Shown: one piece after another, positions 9,387-16,718 of the stretch
How the letters are laid out: each line of letters begins with the position of its first letter
Numbering within the stretch: position 1 is the stretch's first letter
Assembly (NCBI GenBank): GCA_947484175.1
Contig: CANKOI010000009.1
Span: 5,829-69,828, forward strand
Reading direction: 5' to 3'
DNA length: 64,000 nucleotides
DNA from: Deltaproteobacteria bacterium
GTDB taxonomy: Bacteria; Myxococcota_A; UBA796; SXON01
The notes under the pieces: generated by a model
Seen by the model: only the letters and a program-made list of their open reading frames with translations
Databases searched by the model: none
Told to the model about the DNA's origin: nothing
Made by a program: the position numbers and the translations under genes

Positions 9387-10524
9387 TTTCACCGTCTTCG
9401 GTGCCGACGAACGTCGGGCAGCTCCCCCGGGGATGTCCCGCCTTCCGCCCGAGGTAGCCGCCCGAGCGGTGTGGGTGCCCTCCTTCGTCGACCTGCAATG
9501 CGAGCCCGGCTTTCCCGGCTTTCCGGTGCGGGAGAACCCGGCCAGCCTCGCCGCCGCGGCGCTGGCTGGTGGTTTCGGCGACCTCCTCCTGAGCCCCCAT
9601 GTCGACCCCGTCCTCGACACCCCGGAGCAGCTGGCCCGAGCGAACACGCTGGCGCGCGGCCCGCGGCTGCACTTCGCGGCGGCACTCACGGCAGGGCTCG
9701 CCGGGGTGGAACTGAGCGAGGTCGGACTGCTGCAGCGAGCGGGCGCCGTGGCGTTGAGCGATGGCGGCTTGCCGATGGAAAACAGCATCGTTCTTCGCAA
9801 CGCCCTCGAGTACGCGGCTGAGTTCGCGATGCTGGTGTTGCTCCGCCCGGCCGACGCCGCCCTGGATCGCCTCGGGGTGGCGAACGATTCGCCTCTCGCC
9901 TGCCGCCTCGGTCTGCGCGGCAACCCCGCCGCCACCGAAGAGATCGGGGTAGCGCGGGCGATCGCCCTCTGCCGCGCGACCCGCGCCAGAGTCCACCTCA
10001 CCCACATCGGCACCGCACGAGGCGCCGAGGCGCTGGCCGCGGCGATCTCCGAGGGGCTGCCGATCACGGGCACGACCGCCGCCCGGAACCTCCTCCTCGA
10101 CGAAACCTCCCTCGACGACGGGCGCTACGACACCCGCCTGCGCCTTCACCCACCCCTACGCACGGCCGCCGATCGCGACGGCTTGATCGCCGCTGTCCGT
10201 GCGGGTACGCTGATGATTGCCGCCGACCATCAACCGCGGGCCCCCGAGGAGAAGGAACACGAGTTCGAGCGGGCCGTAGCCGGGTCTGCGGGGCTTCGCT
10301 CGGCGTTCGGGGCTGCGCTCCTTGCCTTGGGCGACCTCGCAACGGTCGTTCACGCGCTCTCCACCGCCCCCGCGATGCTGCTCGGTCTACCGTCGCGCGG
10401 CTGGGTGCTGGTCGACCCTGAAGAGACCCCCTTGCACCTCCCCGAACGCGGCGTCGCGGCCGATGCGCTCGAGGGTCGCCGCCTGCGCGGAAGTGTGCTT
10501 GCCACCCTCCCGCCGGTTAGGTAA
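9373..10524 (+). CDS. Dihydroorotase-like protein lacking the N-terminal HxH metal-binding motif (PyrC'-like)
   Basis: Amidohydrolase-fold similarity (IAADHQPRAPEEKEHEFERAVAGSAGL) and position directly after pyrB. Where class I DHOases have D-x-H-x-H, this protein reads FVDLQCEPG (nt 9490-9504). Confidence 0.8.
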   Translation: MMQADFTVFGADERRAAPPGMSRLPPEVAARAVWVPSFVDLQCEPGFPGFPVRENPASLAAAALAGGFGDLLLSPHVDPVLDTPEQLARANTLARGPRLHFAAALTAGLAGVELSEVGLLQRAGAVALSDGGLPMENSIVLRNALEYAAEFAMLVLLRPADAALDRLGVANDSPLACRLGLRGNPAATEEIGVARAIALCRATRARVHLTHIGTARGAEALAAAISEGLPITGTTAARNLLLDETSLDDGRYDTRLRLHPPLRTAADRDGLIAAVRAGTLMIAADHQPRAPEEKEHEFERAVAGSAGLRSAFGAALLALGDLATVVHALSTAPAMLLGLPSRGWVLVDPEETPLHLPERGVAADALEGRRLRGSVLATLPPVR

Positions 10525-10529
10525 GGCGA

Positions 10530-11009
10530 ATGTCGGAAAGAATTCTCATGACGCCGGCGGGGTACCAGAAGGTGCTCGCCGACCTCAACCTGCACCGCAA
10601 AGTCCTGCGGCCGCAGAACATCATTGCCCTTGAAGAGGCGCGCGCGCATGGCGACCTCAGTGAGAACGCCGAGTACGACGCGGCGAAAGACCGGCAGTCC
10701 CACCTTGAAGGCCGGATCAAAGACCTTGAGTCGAAAGTGTCGCGCGCGCAGGTGATCGACATCACCCAGATGCCTGCTTCCGAAAGGGTAATCTTCGGCA
10801 CCACCGTGGAGCTCGAAGACGACGACACTGGGGAGGCCCTGACCTACCGGATCGTCGGCATGGAAGAGGCCGACGTGAAGCGGGGATGTATCAGTTACAC
10901 CTCACCGATCGGGCGGGCCCTGCTGGGCCGGTCGGTCGGCGATTCGGTGCGCTTCGAAACACCGAAAGGCACACGCGGCCTTACGATTAACGCTGTCCAC
11001 TACCGCTAG
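10530..11009 (+). CDS. greA: Transcription elongation factor GreA
   Basis: GDLSENAEYDAAKDRQ motif, 159 aa, coiled-coil followed by an FKBP-like C-terminal domain. Confidence 0.95.
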   Translation: MSERILMTPAGYQKVLADLNLHRKVLRPQNIIALEEARAHGDLSENAEYDAAKDRQSHLEGRIKDLESKVSRAQVIDITQMPASERVIFGTTVELEDDDTGEALTYRIVGMEEADVKRGCISYTSPIGRALLGRSVGDSVRFETPKGTRGLTINAVHYR

Positions 11010-11017
11010 GCGCCCCC

Positions 11018-13720
11018 GTGAACCCCACCGCTGTCGACGCGCTCGACGTCCTCTGCCGCACCCTGAACTTCCTCCTCCGCGACCCGCCAACCAGCTTGGC
11101 GCGGGCGCGGTTCGTAGAGGGAAACCTCACTCCCTGGGCGGCGCGCCTCGCGGGCGCGGTGCCGACAGAGCTGGAAGACGACGTAGTGGCCGTTCGCGTA
11201 GCGCTGGCGGGCTTCGATGAGTCGCCGCCCTCGGAGAGGCTGGAACGCGTGCGTGCCATGGCCGCGCTGCTCCAGACGGTGCGGAGCCATGTCGGCGAGA
11301 CTGTGCCCCACGCGCACGAGGCGGTTGCGGTGCTGCTGCCCGCCGGCATCGCATCGGATTTGCCGCCCGTCACGCCGCGTGTCGAGCTCCCTCCTGCCCC
11401 GGTGCTGGATCTCACGGGTGAGGGTCCTTGGCCGGAAGAACTCGCTGCCACAGCGGCCACGCCCGCCGCCGAACCCCGTTCGGCGGCGGCGCCGCGGAGC
11501 CGCCACGGAAGAGATCGGCAGCGGCGCCGGTCGGAGGAGCCGGAAGTCGCTGTGGTGAACACGGAGCCGCCACCGCCCGTCGTCGTTGCTCCGCCCCCAC
11601 CGCCGCCCCCACCGCCGCCCCCCCTATTTCCGCTGGGCGCCCCAGAGGGTACCGGCGTGGGCTTGGCCGTGCTCGGGGCTTCGGAAGAGGAGGTCGAGCA
11701 TTTCGCGCACCACGAGGTGCACACCGTTGCCGATCTCCTGCTAGTGGCGCCCACCGCGCTCGGCAGGGCTGGCGAGCGGCTGGTCGAAGGCGTCGCACCC
11801 GAAGGCGCGGTGCTTCTGCGGGGCTCCGTCTCACGGCGTTTCACGCACATCACGCCGACGGCGAGCCGCTTCGAGCTCACCCTGCACACCGATCGGGGCG
11901 ATGTCTGCTGTCGCTGGCTCGGCGCGGTTCCCGCGGAAGTGAAGGGCGCGCGCGGCGGCGGGCAGCTCGGGCTCGTGGGGCGCTACGAGCCCGGCGAGGG
12001 CGGGGCGACCCTTCACGACGCAGAGCCGCTCGGAATCGACGGGCGGGGCGGCGACTGGCTTCCCCGCTACGAGGTGCCGGGCGTGGAAGCCCCCCGCACG
12101 CGGCAGCTCATGCGTGCGGCGCTCCGCGGGGTGGACGGGCAGCTCCTCGACCACCTGCCCCTCGAGGTCGTGGAAAGGCACAAACTCACCTCGCTCGCGC
12201 TCGCCCTTCGGGACGTACACTTCCCCAGCAACCTCCAGGGGCGCGGCCGGGTACGACTCGCGTTCGACGAACTGTTCCAAGTGCAGCTCGGTCTGGCGCT
12301 CCTGCGCGCGCCGGAGAGGCGGGAGCGCGGGGCCGCGCACAGCGTGCAGCACGGCCTCACGAGCCGCGCCCTCTCCCTCGGCGGTTGGCGGTTGAACGAT
12401 GGCCAAGAGGCGGCGTTCGATACGATTCGGCGCGACCTGCGGCGCACCGCGCCGATGGAACGGCTCATCCAAGGCGACGTCGGCAGCGGAAAGGGAGGCG
12501 TCGTGCGGGCCGCAATGACGGTCATCGCCGAGGAAAAACAGCAGGTCTTCTTCTGCGCGGCCGACGCCCTCGCCGCCGAACACCACCACCTCTTCGCTGC
12601 GGACTGGTGGCGGTCGATCGGAATCGAAACGGTCCTCCTGCTCGGTGCACCCACCCGCGCGCAAGCCGAAGCCATCCAGAAGGGGGAAACCCTCGTGGTG
12701 TACGGTACCGCCGCCCTTCTGACCACCCCGCCCGCCGTGCGGAAGCTCGGCCTCGTGGTCGTCGAACAGTCCGGGACCTTCAGCCCGCCCGACCTGACGA
12801 AGCTCGATCCCGCGGCGCCGCGACCCGACCTGCTCGTCGTCACGCCCACCCCCGTGCCTGCGCTGGTCGCGATGACCGTGTACAGCCAGTTCACGATGAG
12901 CGTGGTGCCCAAGCCCCCCCTGCACCGGGTCGACACCCGGGTGCTCGCCCCCGCCCAGCGCGACGAGGCCTACGCGGCTGCCCGGGAGGCGTTGGCCGCA
13001 GGCCGGCAGGTGATCCTGGTGTTCCCCTTCCGGTCGGGTCGCACCGACCTGCTCAGCCCCTCCGAGGCCCGAAGGATGGCGGAAGCGCTCACCGCGCAGC
13101 AGTTGCCCGGCGCGCGGGTGTCGCTCTTCTCGGGCGGCCTTACCCCGCAGGAGCGGTTCCGCGCCTACGACGACTTCCAGCACCGTCGCTCCGATGTTCT
13201 GCTTGCCACCACCGCCTTCGAAGAAGGCCCCATCGTTCCGAACGCCTCGGTGATCATCGTAGAGTACGCCGAAGGGTTTGACCTCGTTCGCCTGCACCGC
13301 CTGCGCAACCACATCGCCAGCGGCTGGGTAGCCGGGAGCTGCTTCCTCGTGCAGAGCGACGATGCTGGCGCCGAAGTTGCGGCCCGCTTGGAGCTCGTCG
13401 CCAGTGAAGACGATGGATTTCGCATCGCGGATCTCGACCTTGCCCACCGCGGGGTAAGCGCCGCGCTCGGAGAGAACGCCGACGTTCCTCGATTTGCGTG
13501 GGCCGACCCGGCACAAGATCGCGACATGCTGGCGAGGGCGCGCCAAGAGGCGTTCAAACTCCTGTCGCTCGACCCTGGCCTCCGTCGCCGCCAGCACCGC
13601 CCGCTCCTCAATCTGGTGAGGACCCGCTTCGGCGAGGAACCCCAAGCCCAAGACGCCGCCCCGCCTCCTCCGGTCACCGGAGATGGCTCTGCCCGTCGTC
13701 GTCGCCGTCGGAGGAGGTAG
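11018..13720 (+). CDS. RecG-like helicase-fold protein with N-terminal extension and degenerate ATPase motifs
   Basis: It aligns by eye with E. coli RecG from the wedge region through both RecA-like domains (RLIQGDVGSGK..., VVTPTPVPALVAMTVY, VLLATTAFEEGPIVPNASVIIVE). Motifs I, II and VI are altered (see findings). It also has an 11-residue poly-Pro run at nt 11591-11623 and a C-terminal R8 tail. Confidence 0.85.
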   Translation: MNPTAVDALDVLCRTLNFLLRDPPTSLARARFVEGNLTPWAARLAGAVPTELEDDVVAVRVALAGFDESPPSERLERVRAMAALLQTVRSHVGETVPHAHEAVAVLLPAGIASDLPPVTPRVELPPAPVLDLTGEGPWPEELAATAATPAAEPRSAAAPRSRHGRDRQRRRSEEPEVAVVNTEPPPPVVVAPPPPPPPPPPPLFPLGAPEGTGVGLAVLGASEEEVEHFAHHEVHTVADLLLVAPTALGRAGERLVEGVAPEGAVLLRGSVSRRFTHITPTASRFELTLHTDRGDVCCRWLGAVPAEVKGARGGGQLGLVGRYEPGEGGATLHDAEPLGIDGRGGDWLPRYEVPGVEAPRTRQLMRAALRGVDGQLLDHLPLEVVERHKLTSLALALRDVHFPSNLQGRGRVRLAFDELFQVQLGLALLRAPERRERGAAHSVQHGLTSRALSLGGWRLNDGQEAAFDTIRRDLRRTAPMERLIQGDVGSGKGGVVRAAMTVIAEEKQQVFFCAADALAAEHHHLFAADWWRSIGIETVLLLGAPTRAQAEAIQKGETLVVYGTAALLTTPPAVRKLGLVVVEQSGTFSPPDLTKLDPAAPRPDLLVVTPTPVPALVAMTVYSQFTMSVVPKPPLHRVDTRVLAPAQRDEAYAAAREALAAGRQVILVFPFRSGRTDLLSPSEARRMAEALTAQQLPGARVSLFSGGLTPQERFRAYDDFQHRRSDVLLATTAFEEGPIVPNASVIIVEYAEGFDLVRLHRLRNHIASGWVAGSCFLVQSDDAGAEVAARLELVASEDDGFRIADLDLAHRGVSAALGENADVPRFAWADPAQDRDMLARARQEAFKLLSLDPGLRRRQHRPLLNLVRTRFGEEPQAQDAAPPPPVTGDGSARRRRRRRR

Positions 13721-13721
13721 C

Positions 13722-14150
13722 GTGCCCGCCGCCCATCGCAGCATCGTCGTGAAGGTTCCCGTGGAGCGGTTCATGGCCGTCGTCACCGACTTCGACGCCT
13801 ACCCGCGGTTCCTGCCGGAAATGGAGGAGTCCACAGTGCTGCGCCACGACGGGGACGTATGGGTGGTGCGCTTCGCCGTTCGCGTGGTGCGCCGCCTCGA
13901 GTACACGTTGCGGCTCGAGAAGCTCTCGCCCACGCGCCTGCGTTGGTCGCTTGTCGACGGGATGTTCAAGGCGAACAACGGCGGGTGGGACCTCGCGGAG
14001 GCCGGCGGAGGAGCGCACACGCAGGCCGACTACCACATCGGTCTGGAGCTCGGCATGTTCGTGCCCGGCAGCGTGATGAAGACCTTGGTGGAGTCCAGTT
14101 TGCCGGCCACCCTTGAGGCGTTCCGCAAAGAGGCAGAGGCCCGCGGCTGA
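13722..14150 (+). CDS. SRPBCC/START-fold protein (RatA/COQ10/cyclase-dehydrase-like)
   Basis: VKVPVERFMAVVTDFDAYPRFLPEM...NNGGWDL pattern typical of polyketide_cyc2/RatA proteins. GTG at 13722 is preceded by GGAGGAGG and lies just after the recG-like stop. Confidence 0.7.
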   Translation: MPAAHRSIVVKVPVERFMAVVTDFDAYPRFLPEMEESTVLRHDGDVWVVRFAVRVVRRLEYTLRLEKLSPTRLRWSLVDGMFKANNGGWDLAEAGGGAHTQADYHIGLELGMFVPGSVMKTLVESSLPATLEAFRKEAEARG

Positions 14151-14153
14151 GCC

Positions 14154-15131
14154 GTGCGAGTAAGCTGGCTCATCCCCGTGCGAAACGGAGCCCGATGGCT
14201 GGGGGATGCGGTGCGGTCGGCGTTGGCGGACTCCGAGGACTCCGACGAAGTCGTTGTGGTGGACGACGGCAGCACCGACAACCCCGGAAGCGTGCTGCCG
14301 GCTGACGGGCGCGTGCGACTCCTGCGACAGCCCGCCCTCGGGATCGTCGCGGCTCTGGAGCGGGGGCGGTCCGCCGCCCTTCACCCGCTCCTCGCCCGCC
14401 TCGACTGCGACGACGTAGTGCTGCCCGGTCGCCTGGCGGCCCAGCGACCTTGCTTCGTCGACCCGGCGATGGTGGCGGTCGGCGGTCAGGCCTGCGCAGT
14501 CGCCGATTCCGGCGTCGTGCCCGAGGGCATGGCCCGCTACGTGCGCTGGGTCAACTCCGTGGAGCACCCCGAGCGGCAGCTCCTTGTCGAGAGTCCGATG
14601 TTCCATCCGGCAACAACCCTACGGGCGAGCGCGGTCGCGGCGATCGGCGGCTATCGGCACGGTCCGTTCCCTGAAGACTACGACCTCTTCCTGCGCCTTC
14701 AGTCGGCAGGCGGAACGCTCTACAACGTTCGCAGGGAGGTGCTCGCGTGGCGCGACCGTCCCGGGCGCTTGACTCGCACCGACCCGAGGTACGCACGCAC
14801 GGCCTTTCTGCCGCTGAAGCAGGCCTGGCTTGCCGCCGGCCCGCTCTCCCAGCCCCGCACCGTGGTGCTCTGGGGGGCCAACCGGGCCGGCCGCCCGTGG
14901 ACACCCTGGCTGCTCGGGAATGGGCATCACGTGCCGTTCGTCGTAGACATCGGCCCCTTTACGAGCCGTCACGGGCGACCGGTTCGCCCCCCAGAAGACC
15001 TCCGCGACGCCACCTTCGATCTGCTGCTCGTGGCTGTCGGGGCCCGCGGCGCGCGCGACAGCATCCGCGAGGACCTGGCCGTGCTCCGACCCGACCTCGT
15101 GGAGGGGCGGGACTGGTTTGCCGTGGCGTGA
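14154..15131 (+). CDS. Family 2 glycosyltransferase with extra C-terminal Rossmann-like region
   Basis: VSWLIPVRNGARWLGDAVRSAL...VVVVDDGSTD is the GT2 signature, and a DxD-type LDCDD is present. Confidence 0.85.
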   Translation: MRVSWLIPVRNGARWLGDAVRSALADSEDSDEVVVVDDGSTDNPGSVLPADGRVRLLRQPALGIVAALERGRSAALHPLLARLDCDDVVLPGRLAAQRPCFVDPAMVAVGGQACAVADSGVVPEGMARYVRWVNSVEHPERQLLVESPMFHPATTLRASAVAAIGGYRHGPFPEDYDLFLRLQSAGGTLYNVRREVLAWRDRPGRLTRTDPRYARTAFLPLKQAWLAAGPLSQPRTVVLWGANRAGRPWTPWLLGNGHHVPFVVDIGPFTSRHGRPVRPPEDLRDATFDLLLVAVGARGARDSIREDLAVLRPDLVEGRDWFAVA

Positions 15132-15133
15132 CG

Positions 15134-15589
15134 TTAGCGTGCGGCGAGGGTGGCGTACATGTGGTCGCCGCAGTCGAGCACCATGCCGGAGCCGAAGTCG
15201 CCGCGGCCGATGCCGATGCCCGGGTAGCGGACGCAGGCCAGCTTCCAGCTCCCGCGCGCCTCGTTGCGTTGCAACGAGGCGAGCTCCCCCGGGGTGAAGA
15301 GTACGTCGGCCACGGCATCGGGCACCCAGTGCGCTCGCGGACCCACGGCAGCGCCCAGAGTTGACTCCAGCCAGGAGGCGGCGCCGCCGGGCGTGGCCAC
15401 CCAAGCGTACACTCGGGCGTCGGCACGACCGCCGCCGCTCCCCGCCGCATCCGCCGCCCGCGTCATCCACCGCACAGCAGCCGTGTTGGGGGGGAGCAGC
15501 AAGCGCTCCGCCAACCCGGTGTAGTCCTCGCGCAGCGAGCCCGCAGCGGGCTCCGACAGGGAGCACGCGGTGCAGAGCCAGAGAATCAC
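15134..15589 (-). CDS. Hypothetical lipoprotein
   Basis: N-terminus MILWLCTAC is lipobox-like. The start overlaps the murG stop by 4 nt (ATGA), which suggests co-transcription. Confidence 0.5.
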   Translation of the reverse strand: MILWLCTACSLSEPAAGSLREDYTGLAERLLLPPNTAAVRWMTRAADAAGSGGGRADARVYAWVATPGGAASWLESTLGAAVGPRAHWVPDAVADVLFTPGELASLQRNEARGSWKLACVRYPGIGIGRGDFGSGMVLDCGDHMYATLAAR

Positions 15590-16674
15590 CCCGGCACCCG
15601 CTCCAGAATCAACGCGGCGATCGACTCGGCCACACCGCGACGTCCCAGAGCGAGCGCGGAAGAACTCATCCCGCTGAGCTGCGTCTCGTCAGCAAGGATC
15701 GCGCCCAACTGTGCGGCGACTTGCGCCGCGACGAGACCACGTTCCACGAAAACCTTCGCTGCCCCCGCGGCCTCGAGCCCCCGGGCGTTCGCCTCCTGGT
15801 GGTTGTCCGTCACGTTGGGCGAAGGCACCAGCACGGAGGGCATCCCTACCGCGCAAAGCTCGGCGAGCGTGCTGCTGCCTGCGCGAGCGAGCACGAGATC
15901 GGCGGCGGCGAACGCATCCCCCATCTGGTCTTCGTAGCCGCGAACGACCACGTCGCGCCGAGCCACCGCGGGGAGTGCATCGTACGCCGCCTGCACTTCC
16001 TCAAAGTACCGTGGACCGGTGAGGTGGAGGATGGCGTAGTCGCGGGACGGATCGACGGCGGCGGCCAGCGCCACCTCGTTGATCGTGGCCGACCCCAACG
16101 AGCCGCCCACGACCAGGAGTACGCGGCGGCCCTCGGGGAGCCCGTACTTCTCGGCGCTCCCCTCGAGGATGCGCGGGTTCACGGGGCAGCCCACCGTGAG
16201 CATCTCCGCGCCGCCCCCGAGCCGCTTGCGTGTGGCGTCGTAGGTGAGCAGCACGAGCCGGCTCACGCGCGCGCACAGCCGGTTCGCCAGACCGGGCGAG
16301 ACGTTGCTTTCGTGGATCACGGCGGGCAGGCGCAGCGTCCACGCGGCGAGCACGGTGGGGGCCATCACGTAGCCGCCCACACCGAGAACGAGGGTGGCGC
16401 CGTCCTTCTGGAGGAGCCGGCGGGCGGCCAGTGTCGCCTTGAGCAACGAGAACGCGAACCGGAGCCGGGCGACGATCCCGCGGCGAGGGAACGGTGTGCC
16501 GTCCACCGGGCGGAAAGCGTAGCCACGTTGGGGGGCGACCCGACCCTCGAGCCGGGCCCCATCGCCGTAGTACGCGACCGTGTGACCGGAAGCGCGGAGG
16601 GCGTCGCCCATGGCGAGCGCCGGGTAGACGTGGCCGCCGGTGCCGCCGCCCGCGAGGATGACCATGTGGGGCAT
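15586..16674 (-). CDS. murG: UDP-N-acetylglucosamine--N-acetylmuramyl-(pentapeptide) pyrophosphoryl-undecaprenol GlcNAc transferase
   Basis: VILAGGGTGGHVYPALA N-terminal motif and GT28 C-terminal ARAGSSTLAEL. The start is either 16674 (MPHMVIL) or 16707. Confidence 0.93.
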   Translation of the reverse strand: MPHMVILAGGGTGGHVYPALAMGDALRASGHTVAYYGDGARLEGRVAPQRGYAFRPVDGTPFPRRGIVARLRFAFSLLKATLAARRLLQKDGATLVLGVGGYVMAPTVLAAWTLRLPAVIHESNVSPGLANRLCARVSRLVLLTYDATRKRLGGGAEMLTVGCPVNPRILEGSAEKYGLPEGRRVLLVVGGSLGSATINEVALAAAVDPSRDYAILHLTGPRYFEEVQAAYDALPAVARRDVVVRGYEDQMGDAFAAADLVLARAGSSTLAELCAVGMPSVLVPSPNVTDNHQEANARGLEAAGAAKVFVERGLVAAQVAAQLGAILADETQLSGMSSSALALGRRGVAESIAALILERVPG

Positions 16675-16718
16675 CCGCGAATGTAGCCCGAGCAGCCGGC
16701 GGGACATAGTTCGCCGGC

